Below are positions 39,100 to 48,504 of a stretch of DNA of 64,000 nt, in pieces. The translations under genes were made by a program, and so were the position numbers. The notes below the pieces were generated by a model. It searched no databases and was not told the DNA's origin. It was given only the letters and a program-made list of their open reading frames with translations. The stretch lies in the sequence record MT366760.1. The stretch is one strand, 5' to 3'. How positions within the stretch are numbered: position 1 is the first letter of the stretch; every line of letters begins with the position of its first letter.

Positions 39100-39436
39100 T
39101 ATGCGAATGCTGTTCTTGTTTATGCATAATCCAATCAAGAACATTAAGTGGATGTGGCGTGTTAAGCGTCACGCCCTTGACTTGATTGAGGGTTCTAACT
39201 TAAAGATAGAAGACCCCTTCCACCTATATGTGCGTACGGTTCGTAACAAGAAGACACCACCAACTGTCTATATGCAGGCGTGGTCTAAGCGTCAATGTGC
39301 GGATAAACTGCTTCAGAATCACATTGACCACCTATTGTACACCGAGCGCGTAGAACGCAATCAACGGGAAGCACTCGCTCGTCAAGAGCGTTTGGCTAAG
39401 CGTAAGAACCAAACACACTTAAAGGTAGTATCATAA
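39092..39436 (+). CDS. Hypothetical protein
   Basis: 114-aa coupled ORF. Confidence 0.6.
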   Translation: MIDMRMLFLFMHNPIKNIKWMWRVKRHALDLIEGSNLKIEDPFHLYVRTVRNKKTPPTVYMQAWSKRQCADKLLQNHIDHLLYTERVERNQREALARQERLAKRKNQTHLKVVS

Positions 39437-39438
39437 CT

Positions 39439-39657
39439 GTGGATACTAAATACAATGAACAACTAACACAAGACCACGTGGATAATGCACCAGAATGGGC
39501 TAACAGAATTTGCTTAGTCCAAGGCGTTATCGAATATGGATTCTTTGATATCCGCTGTAACATGGTATTCAATCAGCGTGACTGCATGAAGAGATATAGC
39601 TTAGGTGCACATGTAACCCTGATGGAGAAAAAGAAAGATGAATGGTATACAGCCTAA
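39439..39657 (+). CDS. Hypothetical protein
   Basis: 72-aa ORF with GTG start. Confidence 0.5.
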   Translation: MDTKYNEQLTQDHVDNAPEWANRICLVQGVIEYGFFDIRCNMVFNQRDCMKRYSLGAHVTLMEKKKDEWYTA

Positions 39658-40051
39658 AATTATTTCAACTGAGATTGATTGCACAGCTAGCATTGAGCTA
39701 ATTTCAATTGAAACTGAAGTGAAATGGGGTCTGCCTACCGTTAGTGATATCAAAAGATTGATTAAAGATCCGACGATTAACGCTCAGGTGTGGTTGTATC
39801 CCACAAGTGAAAATCTCGCTAAGGATAAGTGGGCATTAAAAGTATTACAGAACTATGGACGGGATTATATGGATAGTCTTCTTGGTAATACTAAATACAG
39901 GGGTAACATGTATCTTTATAGCCGTGTAACCATTCTAGCTTTACCTCAAAAGCTAGCGCACACCTCACATGCTAAAGAACAAGTTCGCCAACAATACCAA
40001 GATAGCTATAATAAAGCTCTATGTACCTCGTGGGTTCCACCACGCATGTAA
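39638..40051 (+). CDS. Hypothetical protein
   Basis: 137-aa coupled ORF. Confidence 0.6.
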   Translation: MNGIQPKIISTEIDCTASIELISIETEVKWGLPTVSDIKRLIKDPTINAQVWLYPTSENLAKDKWALKVLQNYGRDYMDSLLGNTKYRGNMYLYSRVTILALPQKLAHTSHAKEQVRQQYQDSYNKALCTSWVPPRM

Positions 40052-40071
40052 TATAAATAGGAGAAAGTACA

Positions 40072-40296
40072 TTGTCTGTTCAACAAATAACCCGCTGCAC
40101 ACGTTGCGCTAACACAGGCGTAGCCCTATTGACTGATGACACCTGTTGCCGCTGTCATCAATTGCTTTCTAAAGGTGTAGACCTACCCCATTACACCAAG
40201 CACGTGTTCGTTCAGAACAATGTGTTCCACGAGCAAATGCCACCGCCTTCCATGACATCGGGGTATGATAAAGCCATTAGCCTGCTGACACCCTAA
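40072..40296 (+). CDS. Small Cys-rich (Zn-finger-like) protein
   Basis: CTRC...CCRC; RBS AGGAG; preceded by TATAAATA. Confidence 0.5.
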   Translation: MSVQQITRCTRCANTGVALLTDDTCCRCHQLLSKGVDLPHYTKHVFVQNNVFHEQMPPPSMTSGYDKAISLLTP

Positions 40297-40400
40297 CTGT
40301 CCTCAATTATAAGCGTGTTTACCAATAGTCCAACGTAGTTAAACGACCATTCAACTATCACCCGTTAAAACGCAGGACACGCAGCCTAAATTTAGAGAAC

Positions 40401-40436
40401 AAAAAACCCCATTCCTAACGGTTTGGGGTTTTGTTG
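40401..40436. terminator. Bidirectional terminator
   Basis: AAAAAACCCCA...TGGGGTTTTGTT between convergent blocks. Confidence 0.75.
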
Positions 40437-40438
40437 TC

Positions 40439-40963
40439 TTAGTTGCTAATAATAGAAATGGGTTTTGATTCTGTCTTGCCCACGCTTGCTACATCTGGAT
40501 ATTCAAAGCAAAGTACTTTACCCGTCTTAATCCAAATCTCACCCTCATCAAACCAAGAGGCATCCGCCTCATCCCAATAGTAACCACCTAGCATCCTAAC
40601 TAGCGAATTCAATACTGGGTTATGACCTACGAGTATTAATGTATCCCTGAATGTAAACTCATCCCTGATTATTTCTAGTAACCTACCTATCGCGGCTCCA
40701 TTCGTGGTTCCATGCATATCATATAAGAATCTATCTACACGGATACTAGCACCACAACCACTCTGGATAGCTAAGCTAGTTTCCATAGCCCTCGTAGCAT
40801 ACGACGTTACAATAACACCTTCATTATCTATATTACGGAACACCCTCTCCAATTCATCACACTGTTTGTAGCCCTTCTTAGCTAGGGGACGTTGGTAGTC
40901 CTTTAATTGGTCAGCTAATTTCCATGAGGACTTAGCGTGACGTACCACATATAACTTCTTCAT
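40439..40963 (-). CDS. sixA: Phosphohistidine phosphatase SixA-like
   Basis: LYVVRHAKSSW, DYQRPLAKKG, TSYATRAMET and LVGHNP motifs. Confidence 0.88.
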   Translation of the reverse strand: MKKLYVVRHAKSSWKLADQLKDYQRPLAKKGYKQCDELERVFRNIDNEGVIVTSYATRAMETSLAIQSGCGASIRVDRFLYDMHGTTNGAAIGRLLEIIRDEFTFRDTLILVGHNPVLNSLVRMLGGYYWDEADASWFDEGEIWIKTGKVLCFEYPDVASVGKTESKPISIISN

Positions 40964-40972
40964 AATATTTCC

Positions 40973-41617
40973 TTAGTATGCTGCTACATAATTAAAGTCA
41001 TCAGTAGCCTCTGGATAATGGTCTAAGTCTAATTCAGCATCAGCCCAACTTATCTTGTTGTGTGCACGGTAACGAAGGCGGTGCATTAACCCGTAGTATT
41101 CTAGACCGTTTATATACCACTTCGGTGGTCTGCGTTTAGTCCACCGTGCCCATCGTGACTTATCCTGAATGTAGAACTCCCGATAGGACTTAGTAATCGT
41201 CACGATACCTTTCTCGTAAGCATCCGCCCACGTCCACAATTCCCACACTTTGTCAGGTTTACTAATAGCTGCTACAAAAGGTGTGCGGTCAATCAACGAG
41301 ACACTCACTGACTTAGGTACTATTTTATAGACGTCGTCAACCTTGCGTGGCTTATCACCGAATCTATAGCGATACTCATACTGACATGCTTTTACGAATC
41401 TCAGCAACCACTTGTAATTCATCTGGGCTTGACGTACCCAAATATTACAGGGATGATTAACGTGTGACGGTGAATATAGACCAACAAACCAACCTCCAGT
41501 TTCGTGTTGTGCAACACTACACATCTGAAGGGATTCAACTGGCATCTTTATTATGTGTTGGTCACAACAGTTTCTTGCTGCTTTCTCAGGACACTTACTA
41601 GTGATAAAAATGTTCAT
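40973..41617 (-). CDS. Pyrimidine-dimer DNA glycosylase family protein
   Basis: MNIF....CP..AA...CDQHIIKMPVESLQM, HVNHPCNIWVR...NYKWL and YREFY..DK. Confidence 0.8.
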   Translation of the reverse strand: MNIFITSKCPEKAARNCCDQHIIKMPVESLQMCSVAQHETGGWFVGLYSPSHVNHPCNIWVRQAQMNYKWLLRFVKACQYEYRYRFGDKPRKVDDVYKIVPKSVSVSLIDRTPFVAAISKPDKVWELWTWADAYEKGIVTITKSYREFYIQDKSRWARWTKRRPPKWYINGLEYYGLMHRLRYRAHNKISWADAELDLDHYPEATDDFNYVAAY

Positions 41618-41642
41618 ATGAATAACCTGATATTGTTACATA

Positions 41643-41676
41643 CTTCCATTATACCATAATCTCCCGTATGGCACAA
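41643..41676 (-). promoter_or_regulatory. Host sigma70-type early promoter
   Basis: TTGTGC-N17-TATAAT followed by GGAAGT. Confidence 0.7.
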
Positions 41677-41710
41677 ATGAAAATACCCCACCGAAGTGAG
41701 GTATTATGTA

Positions 41711-42241
41711 CTACATTAGTTCTTTAAGTTGATGCAATACATCTTGTGCATCATAGGCATCGTCCTCCCCAACACATATTGCTTTACCACCTGCGGCAAT
41801 AAAACCATTACAGTTCTGATAGTAGTCATCAATCAGGCAATATGTTGGTTCAGCATACATAGCTTTATCCGCAGATTCGTCAACGAACACCATCTGAAAA
41901 CGTGTGCTAGTACCATAACGCTTATCAATGTTTTCCTTAACCCAATTCCATTTATTGGACTTAACGCGTTCTGTATCACGGTGGTTTTGGTCAATAGCTG
42001 TTAGCCACCCTATTGGAAGACCTAGTTCACGTACACCCTCGAATAATTCAAGGAAGTCTGGGATGATCTCTAAGTTTAGGAAAAAGTCAGGTTCCTTATC
42101 ATAGATACTACGGATAATATTACCTTTGTCTGTATGCTTATTTAGCTCATCAATTGTCATGTGTGGTACATACTTATCTATGATGCGTGTACGCCACTTA
42201 CTAGACAGACCATCCATATCAAACAACACTAACTCAATCAT
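41711..42241 (-). CDS. HAD-family 5'(3')-deoxyribonucleotidase
   Basis: LFDMDG, WLTA, K..Y and LIDDY..N motifs. Confidence 0.8.
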   Translation of the reverse strand: MIELVLFDMDGLSSKWRTRIIDKYVPHMTIDELNKHTDKGNIIRSIYDKEPDFFLNLEIIPDFLELFEGVRELGLPIGWLTAIDQNHRDTERVKSNKWNWVKENIDKRYGTSTRFQMVFVDESADKAMYAEPTYCLIDDYYQNCNGFIAAGGKAICVGEDDAYDAQDVLHQLKELM

Positions 42242-42473
42242 TTAAACCTTCCATTAACTCTTTGGCTTTTTCAGCCGCGATAGTAGATGCAACAACACAT
42301 AAGCACAGCAGAGTAGTTAATGATACAAACGTTCGCCATACCTCACCTACCATATACTGAGTAAACATACCGGAAAAAGCAGCGAGGCTACTGAATACTA
42401 AGGTATATACTAAACACTGAACTAAGTCAGATTTCCAATTCCAATTGTCCATTACCAATGCTCCTCTGTCCAA
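42234..42473 (-). CDS. Small membrane protein
   Basis: Two hydrophobic helices. Confidence 0.55.
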   Translation of the reverse strand: MDRGALVMDNWNWKSDLVQCLVYTLVFSSLAAFSGMFTQYMVGEVWRTFVSLTTLLCLCVVASTIAAEKAKELMEGLND

Positions 42474-43240
42474 TCTTCTGGTAGACCTATTAGTTCAATT
42501 GCCGTGAAGAAACCGAACTCAACTAACTTCTTCTTCATATCAATCATTGTACCTTCGCACGCTTCAAGTTCTTCGATATCAAAGTTGATAGAACTTGTTG
42601 GGTCTAACACACGCTTACGGAATTGATCTATAGTATCATAGGGTGCCGGTTTAGAACTAGCCCAATCGTATTCAGCAATCTTGTCTTCTAAGAACTTAGA
42701 CTTAACGACACCCAATGGTAGCGCTTCTCGTGGACGTCGTGGTAGCTTACCATACCCCTGAGGACTCCATTGTTCATGCTCCACAATACGGAATGCAGTC
42801 ATACCTTTATCGCTTGGTTCATTAATACCAACTGCGATACCGCCTGTTTGTTCACCGTCAATCTCTTCTAACAAGTCCCAGTAAACCCCTTCACTGATGA
42901 AGGAACTGCTTAATGACATTGCACGTACTAACATGCTACCACTCATAGTAACGGTGAAGGCACTATATTCCACTGTACCATTTGAGGAATCAAAGAATAT
43001 ACGCAGGACGGGTGCCACTACATTACTCGCCATAGATTTGTCTTCTGGAACTTCTATTCCCCTACGAACAGAACGTTGAGCTTTATCCTTCTTACCCGTA
43101 ACCAAAACTGGTATATAGATAAGGGGTGTGCACGTAGCTTTACCCGCGAAAATATACATAACACCCTTGGTGCGCGTATCAATCCATTCTTGCTCCTGAC
43201 TGACTAGAGCTTGAAGTCCTAAGTGTTTTACTTTTTTCAT
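42452..43240 (-). CDS. Hypothetical protein
   Basis: 262-aa ORF with RBS GAGGGA. Confidence 0.7.
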   Translation of the reverse strand: MKKVKHLGLQALVSQEQEWIDTRTKGVMYIFAGKATCTPLIYIPVLVTGKKDKAQRSVRRGIEVPEDKSMASNVVAPVLRIFFDSSNGTVEYSAFTVTMSGSMLVRAMSLSSSFISEGVYWDLLEEIDGEQTGGIAVGINEPSDKGMTAFRIVEHEQWSPQGYGKLPRRPREALPLGVVKSKFLEDKIAEYDWASSKPAPYDTIDQFRKRVLDPTSSINFDIEELEACEGTMIDMKKKLVEFGFFTAIELIGLPEDWTEEHW

Positions 43241-43309
43241 ACTAAATCCCTCAATTGGGTTGTTGGCTTTAATTAATATAAGGCACTCCGAAGAATGCCC
43301 TAGGGTTAA

Positions 43310-43456
43310 TTATTTGCGTTTGAGTTTACGTCGCGCTATTCGATTACCCTCGAATGTTGCTGACCGCCTGAGCTGTAAGTACCGACAATTTGGTACAGGT
43401 TTGGTAAGTGGGTTTTTAGATCCTTGCCTTTTGTTCCGACCTCGGTGTTTTGACAT
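43310..43456 (-). CDS. Small basic protein
   Basis: MSKHRGRNKRQ...RRKLKRK; RBS AGGA; TGTAAATT upstream. Confidence 0.45.
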   Translation of the reverse strand: MSKHRGRNKRQGSKNPLTKPVPNCRYLQLRRSATFEGNRIARRKLKRK

Positions 43457-43510
43457 ACAACTTAGTCCTCTTGCAAAAGTGGCGGATTGCCACATTACCA
43501 ATTTACAGGA

Positions 43511-43969
43511 TTAATAATCGTCATCTACATCGTCTTCATATGGGAAGCGAACTGCATACTCTGAGTGCTCTAGACCAGACATATCAACCAAACAGATTGG
43601 TGTGTTGTGACACGTAGTAGCGTCCTTGATGCGACGAACCAATGCATCAACCATAACAGTATTCGCTTCACCACCTTCATCAACCACAAGGATGAAGTCC
43701 ATCGCACACTGACCACCATAAATATCAGTGAAGGTAGCACGTGCAGTAGCAACAGTACTGAAGGATTTCCATACTGCACTTGGCTCATCAAGCTCACTCT
43801 CTACCTCGATTTTAGTGTCCGTGGCTTCTGTCAAACCATGAACCATATCAGTATTCTCGTTGTTAACGAAAGCTTGAAGGCGTGAACGAATAGCGTCTAT
43901 TACATAAATTTCCATGATGTGTTCCTTAATGGTAGCTTGGTTCATCAATCTGAATGTGGTGGATATCAC
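43511..43969 (-). CDS. Hypothetical protein
   Basis: Acidic ORF; the true start is probably MEIYVID. Confidence 0.6.
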   Translation of the reverse strand: MISTTFRLMNQATIKEHIMEIYVIDAIRSRLQAFVNNENTDMVHGLTEATDTKIEVESELDEPSAVWKSFSTVATARATFTDIYGGQCAMDFILVVDEGGEANTVMVDALVRRIKDATTCHNTPICLVDMSGLEHSEYAVRFPYEDDVDDDY

Positions 43970-44273
43970 TATGACCTAAGTCAACGTGGGCTAGTTCCTC
44001 ACCTTCTAACTCTTCGTCTAGGTGGGAATCAATCAACCATGCCTGTTGCTCACGAACTGACGCATACTCACTTGAGAAGTGGCAGCCGACCTCTCGACGA
44101 GCGGAATCAAGTGTTTCACGAATCTCTTCGAAAGTCATACAGTCCTTAACAGCTTTAACTACAGTTTCTTTAAGCTGTTCCAACTCGCGTTGTGCACACT
44201 GGTTACCCATAAGCTCTTTGTCTAGTTCACGGATTTGCTCAGGGTTTAGTTGAAGTAGTTGAGATAGTTTCAT
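43926..44273 (-). CDS. Hypothetical protein
   Basis: 115-aa ORF with RBS AAGGA, downstream of an early promoter. Confidence 0.65.
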   Translation of the reverse strand: MKLSQLLQLNPEQIRELDKELMGNQCAQRELEQLKETVVKAVKDCMTFEEIRETLDSARREVGCHFSSEYASVREQQAWLIDSHLDEELEGEELAHVDLGHSDIHHIQIDEPSYH

Positions 44274-44310
44274 AATGATAAATTCCTTATTCGGAGTTGA
44301 TTTAAGTTAC

Positions 44311-44345
44311 ACTTCCATTATACCAGAATACGGTATGGAAATCAA
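44311..44345 (-). promoter_or_regulatory. Host sigma70-type early promoter
   Basis: TTGATT-N17-TATAAT-GGAAGT. Confidence 0.75.
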
Positions 44346-44347
44346 AT

Positions 44348-45256
44348 TTATTTAACGTTACATCTTTTACGGTCGTTAGCCGCTTGACCCAGTACAGCAC
44401 TCACTTCAAACATGTGAAGATGTTCCATAACTGTCTCATGTAGAGAACTAGCTTCTTCTTTGATTAGACTAGTATGCTTCTTGTGCGGTACGTTAGCCAT
44501 ATACCATAGCTTACGTTGCAGGATACCCACACGGTCGATGTCCATTGGAACCACAGCAACCTTGGTTTCATCATCACAATAGATGCGATTATCTGTTTCC
44601 TTAGACTTCTCAGCTTCTACTGCAAACATCATCTCACACAACATATCGTATGAACGTCTGTCAGATTTCTCACACATATCCTGTGGCAAGCTGACAGCAT
44701 AGAACATGTTATCGTAGCAAACCATACCAGATAAACTCGGGATGTTTGTGATGTCCCAATCATGATGACGGTAGGGCTTAGCATCTAACACTAGGTCAAT
44801 GATGGAAGACTCAGCTATATGAACGGGTAGCTTCAAGCCAAACAAACGGCACAGGATTGAATTAGTAATCGCGCTAGGTCTCGTATACGGGTGATACTTC
44901 AGAACAACTGTACCACTGATTTCTGTTTCGCCTAGCTCTACCCAAGAATCCAGTTCAATTTGGAACACATCACACTTCATGTAGTTCTCGATGTACTTAG
45001 TAAGAGCCAATACGGACTTACACTTCACTTCAACTGTGATTAGGATACGACGCATTTGATCTGATAGTACACTGCACTTATTAAACTTAAGGTTAACTGG
45101 TGACTGATTCACATTTACATCTAAGCCTTCGTCGCCTTCCATGCTGCGAAATAACTTAGCACCGTGGTCGTTCTTTGCTCGGGTGACAACAACGTCAGGG
45201 TTATAGTATTTGAAGTCAGTCATCAAGAATGGCTTTTCATATACACTGGTCATCAT
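44348..45256 (-). CDS. Hypothetical protein
   Basis: 302-aa ORF. Confidence 0.7.
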   Translation of the reverse strand: MMTSVYEKPFLMTDFKYYNPDVVVTRAKNDHGAKLFRSMEGDEGLDVNVNQSPVNLKFNKCSVLSDQMRRILITVEVKCKSVLALTKYIENYMKCDVFQIELDSWVELGETEISGTVVLKYHPYTRPSAITNSILCRLFGLKLPVHIAESSIIDLVLDAKPYRHHDWDITNIPSLSGMVCYDNMFYAVSLPQDMCEKSDRRSYDMLCEMMFAVEAEKSKETDNRIYCDDETKVAVVPMDIDRVGILQRKLWYMANVPHKKHTSLIKEEASSLHETVMEHLHMFEVSAVLGQAANDRKRCNVK

Positions 45257-45259
45257 GGT

Positions 45260-45838
45260 TTATTCCTCGATTAGGTAGTTGCCATCGGATAGGATGTTAT
45301 GTAGGTTACGCTCGAAGTTATCCACATTACGTTTTTTACGGTCGGAGTCTGCAATAGTCACAACTTCCTGACTATTAATAGACATCAGATCCTGCTCAAG
45401 TCGGATGAACCGCGCTTTATTCTTGTGCACGATGCGAGCTGCAATTCGCAAGGGGTGGTTAATATGGTTACACATGTCTAGGGGAATAACACGACGCATT
45501 AAATTACCACACCCCTCAATTGGCGATGCTTCAATATCCTTGAACTCCTGCGGCATAACCTTCATCACGTGTTCTACAATTACCTTACACATACGTAGTT
45601 GTATACCCGTGTGGTTACGTAGACCCTTTACTAATGGCACTAGTTCTAAACGGTCATATGGTGCCTTGGTCTTTTCACAACCCTGCCACACATTAGGGTA
45701 TACGTCTTTTGGGTATGTACCTTGAGACTTAGTTAAACACAACTTACCAAAATTCTCTAGGTCTTCTAAAGTCACACACTTATCTAATGCAACCTGAAGT
45801 TCAGCACGCACTACATCTTTAATATTAGCCATAATCAT
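45260..45838 (-). CDS. Hypothetical protein with L7/L12 C-terminal-like segment
   Basis: LVPLVKGLRNHTGIQLRMCKVIVE resembles the bL12 CTD motif. Confidence 0.5.
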   Translation of the reverse strand: MIMANIKDVVRAELQVALDKCVTLEDLENFGKLCLTKSQGTYPKDVYPNVWQGCEKTKAPYDRLELVPLVKGLRNHTGIQLRMCKVIVEHVMKVMPQEFKDIEASPIEGCGNLMRRVIPLDMCNHINHPLRIAARIVHKNKARFIRLEQDLMSINSQEVVTIADSDRKKRNVDNFERNLHNILSDGNYLIEE

Positions 45839-46032
45839 TTTCTCTTAAAGTTACGTTCGAACCAACCACCATTAAGGTTGATTAAAATACCGGATTGTTC
45901 CTCAGCAACTGTATAGTTACCAGAATTGAAATTATAGTCAACGATTTCCATCGTTACGTCTTCGGCAAGTCCGATTGACGAACTGCCGAAGTTAAGAACC
46001 ATTTCATCGTGACTCTTAGTAGTCACAGCCAT
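45835..46032 (-). CDS. Hypothetical protein
   Basis: 65-aa coupled ORF. Confidence 0.55.
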   Translation of the reverse strand: MAVTTKSHDEMVLNFGSSSIGLAEDVTMEIVDYNFNSGNYTVAEEQSGILINLNGGWFERNFKRK

Positions 46033-46049
46033 TTATCACCACGCCATTA

Positions 46050-46853
46050 TCACCACGCCATATCCTGCATCATTTCTTCTTCCATTCGGCTTTCAGAGCA
46101 CAAGTATCCATAGATGTGACCTTGGTAAACGGATAACCAACGTTCGAACATGCGACGAAGTTTCTTAGGATTCTTACCACCCCAGTTGGCGACAACTGTC
46201 TCCTTAGACGTGAAGTGGATATCCACCATACATCTGGTGTCGATGTCATACTCATGGTCAACAGTATGTGTGCCCTTGCGGACGATAATCGTGTTAGAGT
46301 TCTCAAGTGACTTATAGCCGCCACATGCACACGCAGCAGAACCACCAACATTATCGAATGTACCTACGACATTCACACGGTCTTCACATGTGTAGATTTT
46401 AGGTCTACCTGTAACTTTACGGGGTTCTAAGTGAATCTCAATGTCATCCAGACCCGCTGTATGATGGTTATGACGGTAACCCGTCTTAGGGTTTAGGGCA
46501 AAGCGGAAACATATGTCATACCACGTTTGACCCGCACGTAGTTCAATGAAATCTTTACTTAACGCGTTGATTTCTTTTTTGCACTCAGCATTCAATTCGT
46601 CTTGGAATGCGAAACGCTGATACTTTTCTGGGTAACCAGTTTCTTTATCTAACTTAATGAAGTCAGGACGGTTACGATACAAGTCACGTAAAACCACAAC
46701 ACCACGCTCAGGCATTTTACCAAAAGAACTATGTAGTGGACGTTCACCCTGAAACACTGTTTTGTGCTCATTGCGGATGAAGTTACGGATAACCTCGTGG
46801 TTAGGGTTTTGCGGGATAGCAGACGCTTGAGTCGATAGATATACATTAGACAT
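46050..46853 (-). CDS. Hypothetical protein
   Basis: Start refined to ATG 46853 (RBS AGGAG). Confidence 0.7.
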   Translation of the reverse strand: MSNVYLSTQASAIPQNPNHEVIRNFIRNEHKTVFQGERPLHSSFGKMPERGVVVLRDLYRNRPDFIKLDKETGYPEKYQRFAFQDELNAECKKEINALSKDFIELRAGQTWYDICFRFALNPKTGYRHNHHTAGLDDIEIHLEPRKVTGRPKIYTCEDRVNVVGTFDNVGGSAACACGGYKSLENSNTIIVRKGTHTVDHEYDIDTRCMVDIHFTSKETVVANWGGKNPKKLRRMFERWLSVYQGHIYGYLCSESRMEEEMMQDMAW

Positions 46854-46874
46854 TTGGATGTCTCCTTGTTGGTT

Positions 46875-46917
46875 AGTAATAATCGAGGACACTCATCAAA
46901 TGCCCTCTGTTATTACT
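46875..46917 (-). repeat. Conserved intergenic hairpin A (RNase III-like site)
   Basis: AGTAATAA-CA-GAGGGCAT-loop-GTGTCCTC-GA-TTATTACT. Confidence 0.7.
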
Positions 46918-47482
46918 ACTTAATCAGATGCTCATCATGTGGTGAATAATCATAGTCACCTGATGGTAGTTCAAGTACACGATAGCCCTTACCCCACCAC
47001 TTCTCACGGGTGTTATATTCACCTTTGTTGAAAGCATATAGGCAATGCAACATGTTCCATTCCTTTTCCAAGTGTGAACCATACTGACCATACACACGAA
47101 CATCACCACCCTTTGGCGTGATACTCAATAGGCGAGCTGTCCACTGAGGTTCACCAAAACACGTATGATATAAGAAACCCTGACCTTTAATCCACCTAGT
47201 CATATTAGGACATTGGAAGAGTGGACGCAAGAAGTTGCGAATATCCTTGATAGAGTGGAAGTCCCTAACCTCAACAGGTGTGATGAATAACTCCATTGAC
47301 GTCGGGTCTTCTTCACGGTCGTTGATGCTAGTCATTTGCTCACCAACCTGAGTAGTGAACTCAAACTGACGATTCCACAGACGCCAATTCAAAGTGTCGC
47401 CTTCAATAGATGATAAGTAAACAGGATGCACACCGTTGTGCTCGGTTGATAGCGCGATATATACTTTACCTTGTTTGAACAT
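46916..47482 (-). CDS. Hypothetical protein
   Basis: 188-aa ORF with strong RBS AAGGAGG. Confidence 0.75.
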   Translation of the reverse strand: MFKQGKVYIALSTEHNGVHPVYLSSIEGDTLNWRLWNRQFEFTTQVGEQMTSINDREEDPTSMELFITPVEVRDFHSIKDIRNFLRPLFQCPNMTRWIKGQGFLYHTCFGEPQWTARLLSITPKGGDVRVYGQYGSHLEKEWNMLHCLYAFNKGEYNTREKWWGKGYRVLELPSGDYDYSPHDEHLIK

Positions 47483-47504
47483 TTGTTCTTCCTCCTTGGG
47501 TTAA

Positions 47505-47543
47505 TAATAATCGGGTGCCCTATTCAAAGACACCCCGTTATTA
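47505..47543 (-). repeat. Conserved intergenic hairpin B
   Basis: TAATAA-CG-GGGTGTC-loop-GGCACCC-GA-TTATTA. Confidence 0.65.
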
Positions 47544-47807
47544 CTACTCCGATACTTCAAGTTTAAGGAAAGTACCCTGAAGGTGTTCGACGTTGCGGTT
47601 GCTCATACCAATGACGCCCCAATAACCCTCGAAGTCAATACCACCATGACTAGTTGGTTTACGCCATAGAACACTAATCAGGGTAACGCAACCGTCCGTG
47701 TGACGCCACAAGTACTGACCTTCAGCTTGTGGGCGCTCTGCTGTAAACAGCTTTGATGGGATAGTTACTACAGGATTAATACCAGATTCAACTTTAAATT
47801 CGGACAT
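47544..47807 (-). CDS. Hypothetical protein
   Basis: Start refined to ATG 47807 (RBS AAGGA). Confidence 0.65.
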   Translation of the reverse strand: MSEFKVESGINPVVTIPSKLFTAERPQAEGQYLWRHTDGCVTLISVLWRKPTSHGGIDFEGYWGVIGMSNRNVEHLQGTFLKLEVSE

Positions 47808-47832
47808 ACTTAGTTCCTTATTACTTAGGTTA

Positions 47833-47877
47833 TTAACATAATCAAGGACACTCACCGAATGCCCTTTGTTATATTAA
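47833..47877 (-). repeat. Conserved intergenic hairpin C
   Basis: TTAATATAA-CA-AAGGGCAT-loop-GTGTCCTT-GA-TTATGTTAA. Confidence 0.7.
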
Positions 47878-48134
47878 TACCAATTATCCGTTTCTTCAAA
47901 GAACCCCTCAGTGTCATCCACTAGGGAACCCGTCATACCGAACAACGCGACCACTGCAAAGAACCCCGCGACCATGAAAGCGAACAACGGGTAGTTCTTG
48001 TACTCGGTGTCCTGAATGTGCCACACATCTAAATAGTGCAGACCAACCACAACGCCAACCGCTAGTATAATCAGGGATGCTACTACGATAGCAACTACAC
48101 TGAACATCCTTACGTACTTAGTTGAAGTTTTCAT
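47874..48134 (-). CDS. Small membrane protein (2 TM)
   Basis: Two hydrophobic helices; start refined to MKTSTK. Confidence 0.6.
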   Translation of the reverse strand: MKTSTKYVRMFSVVAIVVASLIILAVGVVVGLHYLDVWHIQDTEYKNYPLFAFMVAGFFAVVALFGMTGSLVDDTEGFFEETDNWY

Positions 48135-48135
48135 C

Positions 48136-48426
48136 CTACTCACCTGCGACCTCATTCCATTCATCGCGTAGACTGGAAAGACTTTTGAAAGAACCAGTGA
48201 CATCACCTGAAACTTCGTAGTGGTCACCCATTGCACGAACAAGCATATGCTTGCAATCCTCGGTAACTAGTTCACCCTTATCAATCACGTTGTAGTGAAC
48301 TTTCGTACCCTCAGCCACTTCAGTAACTGAGTAGCTAGCATCAAGATGTACACCGCGCCACACCCTAGCTCGGGATTTACCACCCGTAAATTCAGCCTTG
48401 ATGTTCATAGTAAGTTGAGTAGTCAT
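48136..48426 (-). CDS. Hypothetical protein
   Basis: Start refined to MTTQL (RBS GAGGA), just after an early promoter. Confidence 0.65.
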   Translation of the reverse strand: MTTQLTMNIKAEFTGGKSRARVWRGVHLDASYSVTEVAEGTKVHYNVIDKGELVTEDCKHMLVRAMGDHYEVSGDVTGSFKSLSSLRDEWNEVAGE

Positions 48427-48460
48427 GATCTTTGTCCTCGTTAAATTACTCAATTTCCGT

Positions 48461-48495
48461 ACTTCCATTATACCAGAATATGGTTTCCATTGCAA
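48461..48495 (-). promoter_or_regulatory. Host sigma70-type early promoter
   Basis: TTGCAA-N17-TATAAT-GGAAGT. Confidence 0.75.
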
Positions 48496-48504
48496 ATTTA
48501 TTTA

